A stretch of 64,000 nucleotides of DNA from Octopus vulgaris. Taxonomy: Eukaryota. Under the pieces are notes generated by a model. It worked only from the letters and a program-made list of their open reading frames with translations. It did not search any database and was not told the origin of the DNA. The DNA lies in contig OX597814.1 in NCBI GenBank assembly GCA_951406725.2, forward strand, positions 21,638,001 through 21,702,000, in the 5' to 3' direction. The position numbers and the translations under genes were made by a program. How positions within the stretch are numbered: position 1 is the stretch's first letter; each line of letters opens with the position of its first letter. Below are positions 52,162-64,000 of this stretch, in pieces.

Positions 52162-53783
52162 TAGTTGCGGCCAAAATGTTCAGAACGGCATTGTTTTCGT
52201 CAGAAAAGTAAGTATAATCAAAGTTGTTTCATATTCTATAATTTTCACAGACAATAAATACAATATTATTTGTTATTGTCTGAGATTTTGATGTAATTTG
52301 AGAGGATAATACAAAAGTTATGGATGATTTAGTGATTTACTGCAAAACCCATGGCGGCCAAAATGATCAGAACGGTTGAAAAAATAACAAGATAATCAAA
52401 AATGATAGAGAATACTGGAATTGTTTAATATTTAGTGTGAAGCCCTTTAGCTTCAATCACACTCTGACATCTTCGACTGCATGAGGAAATTAAATTTTCA
52501 ATTTCTTGCTGGGTGATCTTATTCCATTCTTCCTGAAGGGCATTCCATAATTGCTTAGTTGTTTTAGGATTTCTGGCTTTCGAACGTTCTCCTAGAATAT
52601 TCCATACATTTTCAATAGGATTGAGATCTGGGCTTTGAGCAGGCCAATCCATAACAATAACCTTTTCAGCCTTGAGGAAGTTCATGACCATCTTAGCCTT
52701 GTGACATGGGGCATTGTCCTGCATGAATATGGATGGTCGCTTAGTTGAATTTCTCAGCAGAGGCAAGACATGATCTTTTACAAGTTGTTTATAAACTCCT
52801 GCATTTACCTTTCCATGTAATCGCACCAAAGGACCCACACCATCTCCAGATATCATCCTCCAAACCATGACACTTCCTCTACCGAATTTAACACTAGTCT
52901 TAAGGCATTTAGGCAACAATTTTTCACCTACTTTTCTACAAACGTACCTTTTCCCATCTGAGCCAAATAACATAAACTTAGATTCATCACTGAAATGCAC
53001 CGTTTGCCATTTTTCTTGAGACCACAGCACATGTTCGGTTGCAAAGGTAAGACGACACTTTTCATTCTTGGAGCTGATCAGTGGCTTCACTGCAGGTGCT
53101 CTTGCTTGTAGGTCATGTTCAACTAAACGACGAGACACAGTATTTCGAGATAAAGTTTTCTTCAATACGATGCTCATTTTCCGAGAAACAGCAGCAGCAA
53201 TTTTAAATCTGTCCTTTTTAACCAACTTTACCATAGCACGATATTCTCCCTTGGTCGTTTTTCTTGGCCTACCTGTAAACTTTCTTGCTTCAGACGAACC
53301 ACAATCATCGAAGACCTGAAGAATACCGTGTACAACACTTTTTCACTTGTTAACAATCTTTGCAATAGATCCAATACTTAAATTATCCTTCCTTCGAAGC
53401 TTAATAATCTGCTGATGAATTGGTAACGGAGTAAGTGGCATTATATTAACAAAGTACACTGCAAATATTCTTACTAATGTTTAGTAAACGAACCGTCACG
53501 TAAACAAATTCAAAACATTAGAGTTCGCCGGTTAAATATACTGAAACACGGAGTAACAGCAACCGTTCTAATCATTTTTGCCGCCATGGGTTTTGCAGTA
53601 AATCACTAAATCATCCATAACTTTTGTATTATCCTCTCAAATTACACCAAAATCTCAGACAATAACAAATAATATCGTATTTATTGTCTGTAAAAATTAT
53701 AGAATATAAAACAACTTCGATAAAAAATTATATCTACTTTTCTGACGAAAACAATGCCGTTCTGAACATTTTGGCCGCAACTG
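52162..53783 (-). mobile_element. Full-length Tc1 element, IR-DR type (~1.62 kb)
   Basis: ~215-bp TIRs (52162-52378 / 53561-53783), each with an outer and an inner GCGGCCAAAATG(T/A)TCAGAACGG-type direct repeat. Inserted in (TA)n. Confidence 0.95.
52425..53441 (-). pseudogene. Tc1 DD34E transposase, 338 codons, one premature TGA at codon 33
   Basis: The ATG at 53441 is in frame with the 52425..53234 ORF. MPLTPLPIHQQIIKL..IVNK*KSVVH, GRPRKT, FSDESKF and QDNAPCH..SPDLNPIE (34-residue D-E spacing). The stop is at 53343-53345. Confidence 0.92.
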
Positions 53784-53995
53784 TATATATATATATAATG
53801 GTTTCCTAAATTTGGTATAAGGCTAGTAATTTAGGGGGCGGTTAAGTCGATCACATGGATCCCAGTGCTCAACAGGTGCTTATTTGATCGACTCTGAAAG
53901 AGTGAAAGGCAAAGTCGACCTCGGTGGAATTTGAACTCGAAACGTAAAGACGTACGAAATGCCGGTAAGAATTTTGCCCGACGTATATATGTATG

Positions 53996-54029
<34 letters not shown>

Positions 54030-54335
54030 TGTATGTATGTATGTATGTATGTATGTATGTATGTATGTATGTATGTATGTATGTATGTATGTATATATAT
54101 CTAACGAAGACATGACACGATGTAGGTAAAAACATTTGAGAAATTTGAAAAGTTTACACGAAACCGGTAATTTCTCCAAAAACTATGTTACTATATACAA
54201 AATTTTATAACATTTTTCTAACATAACGACTTAAATATATTCTTTAACCTTATAAAACACGCCTTCTGTAGTTTTTTCACTCTTTTGTATTTTTTATACA
54301 TCCACCACGTGCTTTCACACACCAACTTTCTCACC

Positions 54336-55300
<965 letters not shown>

Positions 55301-55324
55301 ATATGTATATATACATATATATAA

Positions 55325-56389
55325 TGTACTGATCTTTGATAGAAAATCCAACAAAAATGTACTCTATCTGGTGAGAGATAAATATTATCAGCCACCGAAA
55401 CTTTACGAAACATCAAGTGAGTTTTTTGTAACGATTCTGTTGACATTAGAACTGTTCAGAGATGAAAGCCTTAAAAATAAGCCAAGACGGAGGGGAAAAT
55501 CGGTTGAATTGAATGCTTTCGTTAAACGAAATCCGAGAACAACAGTCCGAAAAATCAGATCAGAGCTCCAGACATCTCCCGCAACTGCTTCCCGACACTT
55601 GAAAAAACTTTGAAAAGTCAAAAAGTGTGATAGGTTTATTCCCCATCATCTTAATGAGATTCAAAGAAACAGACGCCTTACAGTGTGTTCCATGTTAATT
55701 TCTCGGCTGGAAAAAGAACCACTTTTGTATCGACTCATTACATGAGATTAGAAATGGATACACTTTGATAACAGCAGGACAGGACAGTGGTTAGATGCAG
55801 GAGAGTACCAAAACACTACGCAAAATCACCATTGCACCCTAAAATGTTGATGGTTACTGTATGGTGGTCAACAAAAGGGGTTATTCATTATTGATTTTTG
55901 CAACAAGGAAAAACTGTAACAGCAACATCCTATTTTCAGGAAATTGAGTGTATGCATGAAAAATTTTTTAAAGAAGCAACTCAGATTAGTGAATAGAGAT
56001 GGCCCAGTTTTTCTTCATGACAATGCACGGCTTCACACTTCTCAAGCTACGGTCAACAAGCCGTAAAGCCTGAATAATGAAATTTTTATACATCCTCCTT
56101 ATTTTCCAGGTATCTCTCCTACTGATTATCACATATTTAAACACTTTGAGCTTGCTATACGCAATAAAACATACTTAAATAAAGAAGAGGTAATTGAAGT
56201 ATTCGAAGTTTATTTGTATAAAAGATGACAAATTCTTTGAAGATGGAATATATGCCTTGGAGGAACGTTGGATGAAGATCATAAATGAACAAGGATCATA
56301 TTTTGATTAAATAAATAGATATTCTAAAACTTAAAAACAATTTTAATGTTTCCTTTTTCAAATGCGACATTTCACGTGAGACAACCTAA
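55325..56389 (+). mobile_element. 5'-truncated decayed mariner element
   Basis: FIPHHLNE, LIT*D*KWIHFDN, MVTVWWS, FLHDNARLH and HPPYFPGISPTDYHIF. Right TIR ..GACATTTCACGTGAGACAACCTAA followed by TA. Confidence 0.85.
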
Positions 56390-57029
56390 TATGTACATGT
56401 TTTACCTACGACTGAAATATAAGCACGTTTGCATTTTAAATAAAGAAGCGCATTTGATGAGAAACAGTACTCACATGAAAAAGAATTACAATTATATGAA
56501 TACTCGCTGAGCCCTCCCACGCCATGCACTTTTACACTCTGAGTGCAAATCCTGCCGATGTCAGCCTTGCCAATTATTTTTCCTAGAGCAATAAAAGAAA
56601 AGGCCAGGCACGTAGTATATTGGTTATTTATATCGACTATCTATTCCACTCCCTTTGAATATGACCAAATGCCTCTTTCAGAAATCAATATCAGAACACA
56701 TCGAATTTTGAAATCGTTTTGAATACTTACTTTCACACACAGCTTTGTCTCTTATTTGTATTTTGATTTTAACTTTGACATGAATGCATCACGGAGACCA
56801 TTTTATGCTGCTAAGAAACATCAGTATACAATTAGTGAATACTTTCGAACTAACAGAATACTTTTATAATTGAATATTTTCATTTTTAAATACTTCCCTT
56901 CTTAATTTTAGACCGAAAAAGGTTTCACAACTTTTTGCGTTGTTTCATTTTCAATTTTTGTCTGACAATCATTTCTTATTTCATGTTGATGTGGATTATG
57001 AAAATTCCAATCTTGATAATGATATTCAA

Positions 57030-57770
57030 CCATTACAACAGGTTAGTTCAGCTGTGGGTGCATGCGCCGTTGCAGAGCGTCGCTGTATCCACCATTTATT
57101 GGTATAACGGTATGTAGTTGGATACGACATCCGACCAATGGTAACACGTAATCCTGCGAAGCATCCGAGTATCAAAGTACCGGTGGCTCCTAAGGGTCCC
57201 AGACAGAGTCCAAATCTATAGAGCAAGACGAGCACATCGTTGTCCACCGAGTCAAACGCCTTTTGAAGGTTGACATAAGTTGCAAGCAGCTCCTACTGCC
57301 TACTGAAAACTTTGCCTGCGTTCGATGAATATTCGGAAAGCCAGGATCTTGTCAGTAGTTGACTTCTTTAGCGTGAACCCTGACTGCTCCGGCTACTGCG
57401 AAGCAAGCAGACGATTTTGCACTCTGTTTAGAATAACTCTGGAAAAGAGAGGAGTGCATTTACTGGGCACTGAGAGGAGTGCAAACAGCCCTATAGTTGT
57501 TGCAGTTGTGACGGTCACCTTTACCTTTCAAGAGAGGGATAGTTACGCCCCTCTACCAGTCAGGCAGTATGATGCCACCGCTTCAGATTGAGCAAGTTAT
57601 CTGTCACAAGAACAAGACTGCAGTAGGCCCACCATTCTTGATCACCTCTCCGTGGATGCCACAAACACCAGCTACCTTCCTACCCCTCAGCCGATTTATC
57701 ATTCGTACGGACCTTGCTTGCGGACGACGGATCACAGCTGACTCGAAGATCGGTCACCAGCGCTGAAAGC
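57030..57770 (-). mobile_element. RTE LINE reverse-transcriptase fragment
   Basis: Minus-strand KGKGDRHNCNNYRA, EQSGFTLKKSTTDKILAFRIFIE and YVNLQKAFDSVD. Confidence 0.8.
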
Positions 57771-58838
57771 ATCTGAATACTGTTATGATTTTATACAATG
57801 ACTTCTAATTTCTCAAACTATGTAATACCTATTTGTTGATGTTATGTTACTCTTGAAATTTTCAAGAAAAATGGGTATATTTGGAGAAGCCTCTGTAAGA
57901 ATACTAATTTATCGAATCAGGATTTTTTTCGAAAACAAATTACCTCATAAGGCAATTAAAGTGAATCATAAAAATGCAACGGATAAAGCTGGCGCCGTGA
58001 TCAACTGCTCAAGGTGGTTGTTAAGGTGATTTACGACAGCCATTCAGCCCAGTAAACACCACCCAGGGAAGGAAGCCATATCTCACCTTAAAACTCGAAA
58101 GCAGTTCTTTTCACTGCCACAAAGCCTTGTCTTATATCTATAGCCCCACACTGGCAGCTGAGAGTGGATTTTTTTAAACATCTAAAGTTCCCTGGGTACA
58201 TCAACCAATGATGAATCGCCAGACAAAGTCATCTTCTAAGATTCCACCAAGTAGTTAATCAAGCAGGATCTGACAGTCTCCTGGTTATAACTTATCGTAA
58301 CTCATGACGATAGGCTGACTAATTAAATATAATTCACCAGGGACGTATGAAATCTACTTATGGCGTAATATGTTATTCGACATTGACTGCGTACTAAGTG
58401 TTAAAATGTAAATGAACATTCGCAGAAACTTCATCGTGTGAATGGTCCAGTTATTTATTCAACACAACTACTTCCTCATTATTGTATTACAGTAAATTCA
58501 GAATTAATCAGATTGACACAATATAGCATGGCCAGGCATTTGAATTACATAAACAGTTTATTCTACAGGTTTCTACACGATTCCCCTTATCTCAATTGTC
58601 ATCATACAGCTTGGGTCGATCTAGTGCTAAAATATAGAGCACTGGCATCAATAAGAGTGTATTTAATAAGCATAGATGAAGTGATGGGACGGGCGGTTTT
58701 AGATGTGTTCTATATAGTCAATTCTCATACTTTAAAAGTTATTATAAAAGATATTATAAAATTTCATTTAGCATGATACAACAGAACCATGTCTCTCCTT
58801 CACAACTAAATGATTTTCATTCGAGTAATACACCATCT

Positions 58839-59100
58839 GTGGAGGCGCATGGTTTAGTGGTTAGGGTGTCAACATCATGATCGTAAGATTGTGGTTTCGA
58901 TTCCTGGACCGGGTGATGCGTTGTGTTCTTGAACAAAACATTTCATTTCACGTTGCTCCAGTCCACTCAGCTGACAAAAATGAGTAACGCTGCAATGGAC
59001 TGGCGTCCTGTCGAGCTGCGGAACACATACGTCATTGAAATCGGGAAACCGGGCCCATGAACCTGGTTAGGCTTTAAAAGGGCGCATTTATTATTATTTT
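58839..59100 (+). mobile_element. Full-length SINE (family B) with 13-bp TSD
   Basis: TSD TAATACACCATCT at 58826-58838 and 59101-59113, tRNA-like head and (TTA)n tail. A second, more diverged copy follows at 59114-59340. Confidence 0.88.
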
Positions 59101-59397
59101 TAATACACCATCTAGTAGAAGTGCATGGCTTAGTGATTAGAGTTTAGCCTCATGATCGTAAGATCTTGGTTTCGATCCTGGACCGGGCGATGCGTTATAT
59201 TCTTGAGCCAAACACTTCATTTCACCTGGCTCCAATCCACTCATATAGTAAAAATGAGGAAATCCTGAAACGAACAGACGTCCCGTCCAGGTGGGGAATA
59301 TATACGCCATAGAAACTGGGAAAACGGCCCTATGCTACTTACGGAGTAACATGGACTAACAGCATCAACGTATTATTGTAATATAGACAGAACTCTT

Positions 59398-62300
59398 TTC
59401 TTTATTCACCGTAGGGGTTATAAATGGAGAGAGAACGAAACAAGGACAGACAGACAAGGGGTCGGGGATCGAATGAGAGTAACAGTGTGAGGATGAACGT
59501 TAAAAATTGCAAAATTAAATGACGATGAAGTAAAAGAATCGAATGCTTAATTACGATGAAGTGGAGGACATGGTCGACCACACCAACCACATTCTCACAC
59601 TGAAGACTTTATTTTTCTTTTTACGTTCCCGCTCAAACAGGTTCATTCACCCTCAAAACACTTGCTACAGACTTCCATCTTTTTCAAAACACACTGTGCG
59701 ACAGGCATTTCATCTCCAGCCTTATTTTTCTTTTCATGTCGAAAAGAAAAAAAACCAAGGCTGGAGATAAAAAAAGATTTTACTATCCTTTTCACTCTCG
59801 TCTTCCATACTTCTTTCGCGATAGCTACTACCGAGAGAAAACAAGCCTGCTCTTCCCTATTCACGGAGGGCGGAGGAACAATCTTAATTATAGATTCGGT
59901 CGGGGCAGTAGGTGTTCGACATAAGCCCAGAGTTTCAAAATCTTCGGACATTGTACAAGTGCGTGCAGAACAGTTTCACTGTCCTTCCCGCATCTTGGAC
60001 AAGCCGGCGAGGACGAAGAACCATGCCTAAAGAGCTTATCTCGAACAGGTAAAGCACCTCTGTAACACTGCCTTCCAAGGGACCTCAGGTAATTGTCCTG
60101 GCCCTGGCCCGGATGTTCTTCGACACAGGCTGGCGAGTTGACCTTCATCGAAGCCCAGGTTTCTCCCAGGACGTCGTCACACTTGAATTCTACCAACCCT
60201 CTTTAGAAGGACGGTATGGAACCCCCGCCACCAGCGAGGTCCGACTGGGAGAGAAGCACGAGTGCCTGACGACACTCCACTTTCCAAGCCCCCAACCACG
60301 TTCAACGCTTAATCCATGGTTACAATTCAGTAAAATATCTGAACCGTGGAAATAACAGTTTGACGAACGGAGACTACACCTATTCACCGTCCAGGTAAAG
60401 CCAGATGTGCCTAAGCCTCAGTGCTTGTCTGCGCATTTTACCCACGCCATCTCTAGCCCACCCTTCAGCGGTTTTTGGCAGCAGATAGATCGCCTTACAA
60501 GAGGTCCCTTGCCCCTCCACAAAAAGTGAAAGAGTATGCATTCCAACTTGTTCAGCCACGAATCGGAGCAAGGGACGATGGTCAGGCGGTGGGTGATTAC
60601 AGATGCGATAAACACACCTGCAACCTCCGCCCTCCCTTTTAGGGACAGCTTCCGCTCAGACTAGGTCTGCGTTAGGAGAGCAACTCTGCTCGCCACCTCA
60701 CTCCAGTTCTTCTCTATCTGGAGATCCGGACCTAACCAGATTCTAAGCATTTTCACCGGACCGTCTGTCCAACGTCCCATGACGCTGTCGGGCGGCATCG
60801 ACTTGCCCCTCCAGGTGCCTAGTTGCAAGCCGACCGATTTATCCCAGTTAATTTTTGCTCCTACAACCGCTTCGTAATCATTTATGGCCTGACCTACCTA
60901 CTGTAGGTGTTCGACCCGAGATACTATGACGGTGATGTCATCTGCATACGCCGAAACTGACTTTCCCCACCCTACATCTCGCGGAGTGCCCCTCATAGCC
61001 TCTAACTTCCTCAGCAATGGCTCGAGGGCCAAAACGTACAGAAGCTGAGAGAGAGAGGACACCCTTGACGCACCGATCGCTCAATGCAAAACGGTTCCGA
61101 AAAGAAACCGTTCACCCGACCTATCGATTCGATGTCGCCATATAAAGCGGGGATCCACCCACAGAAGGTCGGGCCGAAACCAGCCACCGCAAGGACCGCC
61201 ACCAGATACTGATGGTCAACGCTATCGAACGCTTTTGATTGGTTTAAATGGACCATTGCGTCACCTTTGCCAGGAATTCTTTTTACCCTCTCTAAGGCAT
61301 AGAGATTGTCGTTAATCATCCTGCTAGGGATGGTACATGTTTGCGTCTCCCCGACAAGCCCACTCACGATCTGTGCCAACCATTTTGCTAAAACCTTGGT
61401 CAAAATCTTCAACACTGCGTTAAGCAGAGTGATGGGCCTAAAATTATCAATTACGTCCCCCTTTCTTAGCAGCATCACGACCCCCCACCCCCACCCGCAC
61501 ACAGACTTGGTAATCTTCCCATTCTGCTGCCAGTTGGTATAGTCGCATGCAAGTAGGTGCCCGAACAAGTTTGGCATACTACAATACAATTCATAGCGTA
61601 GACCATCTAGCCCCGGGGACGTGTCCCCGCCGCAGCCTGATAACGCTTCCTCCACCTCCGTAACTGTAATCGGTCCTTCACCACATTCCGCTTCTTGCTC
61701 CGAGAGGCGCGGCGAACCGGTGAGGAAGTCTGCGAGGTCCTCCCCACGTTCCGGTCCGCCGCCCCTCCCATAAAGCTGGGTGAAATGCCCGTGAAACACC
61801 TTGCACATCTCCTCGGGTTCGTTTACTGAACGACCATGTAGATCCATCAAAGTCCGTATGGTTGAGTTGTTACCACGTCGGCTCTCTACCACCCGAGCCC
61901 ATCCGGTCATGTCGATTACTTCTTGTTCCATTGCACGTAACTTAGCCCTGACAATGCACCCTTCGTGTGCTAAAATTTTGGATACAGAGCCTGACCTCAT
62001 TGCCTTTTCTAATACCTTAACTAGAGCCCTTTCTACTCTATTTCTAGCTCTAGCTAATTCCTTGCTGAACCTAATTAATTCAAATTTTATGGATCTTTTC
62101 AGGGCATACCACCATTTAGTATTTATAATGGAGCCGGTTATGCCCTCATAACTAGTTGTCTAATCCATTTCGTGTTGGCTTCACAGTCCAAGAGCCACTT
62201 GTTTAGCTTCCAGTACCTGTCTACACATGCTATCTAAATCAAGCGTACAGGTCGCAAATTTGTGATCACTGTAGTTGACAATGTGGTGTTATGGACAACT

Positions 62301-63420
62301 AACTATTTTCTTATCCTTACTTCTTACAATAATCCTGTCTATATAAGATTTGGACAACCCATCGTTTTTTGCCCATGTCCACAATGGAACGTCTGGGTGA
62401 TCCTGTTTGAATGGGTCTGCCAGCTGAAAGCGACTTAGCAGACCGCTGAGACAAGAGTTTGCCCTCCTATCCGGGTTTGAGCCCATACAATCTACGCGTG
62501 CATCGCAGATTGCGTTAAAGTTACCTAGCAATACTAACATGTGTGACGTTCCTAGAAAATTATCCAGGCTTCTGAAGTAGTCTGACGGTCCAGTTTTACA
62601 GGGAGCATAAACAACCACCAGCCTGAACACTTTACCATTGCTGTGTGTCACGTCCAAGACAACCAACCTACCTTCCGGATCTACAATGACTTCTTATCTC
62701 TAAATCCAGATTTTTCCTGAGTAGAACTATAACTCCTCCGCAAATAACTTTTTATTTCGTTGTAATCCATATTGTCTATTGTGTAAAATTCGACATGGGG
62801 AGGGACCAATACATGTTATATATTTTTGCGGATATAATCTGTTGTATTCTTGTCTTTAATAAGGCGCGTGTGTGTTTATTGCAGTTATGTTCTTGCATCT
62901 TTTCTTTGGTGATTGGTAGGGAGTGTGTGTGTTTGTAGGTGTGTGGTTGCGTGTGTGTTTGTGGGTGCGTATGTGTTTGTAGGCACATGTGTGTTTGTGG
63001 TTGCGTGTATGTTTGTAGATGCGTGTGCGTTTGTGGGTGTGTGTGTGTTTGCAGGTGTGTGTGTACTTGTGGTTGCGTGTGTGTTTGTAGGTGCGTTTGT
63101 GTTTGTATGTGTGGGTGTATGCTTGCGAATGTCTCTGTGGGTGCGTTTGTATTTCTGAGTTCGTGTGAGCTTGTGGTTGGTGTATCTGATGAGGGAAGGG
63201 GTCTTTTCTCTTCTTTCTTCTTTTATGAGGGCCTACAGTGACCTACTTTTGGTTTTCTGTCTCCTCCCGCTGTGCTGGCTGTTCCTCGACTGGTGGGGAC
63301 GCCACGTTTCTCTCTCTGGTGGTGTATTTGTTCTTTCTTCTGTCTTTCTGTTTACATTTTGCGTGAATGTAGCCCTTTTCGCCACATTTGTAACATCGGA
63401 CATGAATTTTCAAACATAGT
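59398..63420 (-). mobile_element. Near full-length decayed L1/Tx1-clade LINE
   Basis: ORF1 knuckle CYKCGEKGYIHAKC (~63365-63405). APE VVVYAP, LGNFNA, SYIDRI, SDHK. RT SPGLDGL, NFRPITLLN, KAFDSVDH, VRQGCPLS, AYADDIT. C-terminal CPRCGKDSETVLHALVQC. 3' end at AATAAAGAAAAG. Confidence 0.9.
62925..63130. repeat. 18-bp minisatellite (GTGTGTGTTTGTRGGTGC) inside the LINE ORF1 region
   Basis: About 10 degenerate units with 18-bp periodicity. Confidence 0.75.
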
Positions 63421-64000
63421 AACAATAACAACACTTTTCAACAATGGTCTTACCGAAGCAAAAAAATACACGTCTGAAACAGCAAAAGCCGGTTTCAAAC
63501 TCTGGTAATATAGACAAAACTGAGCTGGTCTACACTGCTTAGGGTAAACAATTAAACAATTCTTTCCTTTGTTTTGCTTTTCTTCTTTTTCTTGTTTTTA
63601 TTCATATTTATATTTTGTTTTGTTTTGTTTTCTTGCCTTTGTTCTTCTTTTACTTGTGAGAACCGGTTGTTATTTTTTCACGACAGGTATTTTTGTCATA
63701 AACATTTTCGCTATAGGAAACTTATTTGCTGTATTTATTTTTGTCCTAAACATTTTTGCTATAGGAATTCCCATCACGTATCTTTACAGTAATATTTTTA
63801 AAAGCAACAAAGCTACTTTGTTTTATCTTACTGTTTAATTCGTAGTTTATTTGTTTCAGACAAAGTACCTTGCTTGTCAAAGTATAAAAGAAAACAATAA
63901 CAGCGTAAGTTACCCGATAACTTGTTTTAATTCTTCAGTAAGTTCACAATCTTTTCGTGGGAGGGGATTTATACTAATGAGTTTATTTTTTCTCCTTCTA

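Noticed and set aside
58839-58915. tRNA-like sequences (also at 9740, 20844, 37501)
   Set aside because: They are SINE heads continuous with SINE bodies, tails and TSDs, with no complete cloverleaf.

Overview
AT-rich, repeat-saturated eukaryotic (metazoan) DNA, most likely an intergenic or intronic stretch of a cephalopod genome, probably octopus. The taxon is inferred from the SINE families and the microsatellite load and is not proven. I find no supportable host protein-coding exon, rRNA, true tRNA or CRISPR array. Almost all long ORFs in the track are microsatellite read-through or transposon remnants. The mobile elements I can support are: four decayed mariner (DD34D) copies, one maT/DD37D-like relic, a hAT (Buster/Charlie) relic, and a nearly intact IR-DR Tc1 element with a single stop codon; a long-TIR element inserted exactly into the primer-binding site of a Mag/Gypsy LTR relic; R4/Dong RLE-LINE pieces, RTE pieces and a long L1/Tx1-type LINE; Penelope-like GIY-YIG fragments, non-autonomous Helitrons and many tRNA-derived SINEs. 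The most interesting unexplained signals are a recurring class of fold-back insertions inside (TA)n tracts with hammerhead-like motifs, a SINE whose 3' tail matches the 3' end of the Tx1-type LINE in the same window, an HDV-like ribozyme heading an RT-less RTE derivative, and stacked R4/Dong 3' ends in microsatellites. All translations and base pairings were done by eye. Most element boundaries are approximate unless a TSD or TIR is cited.
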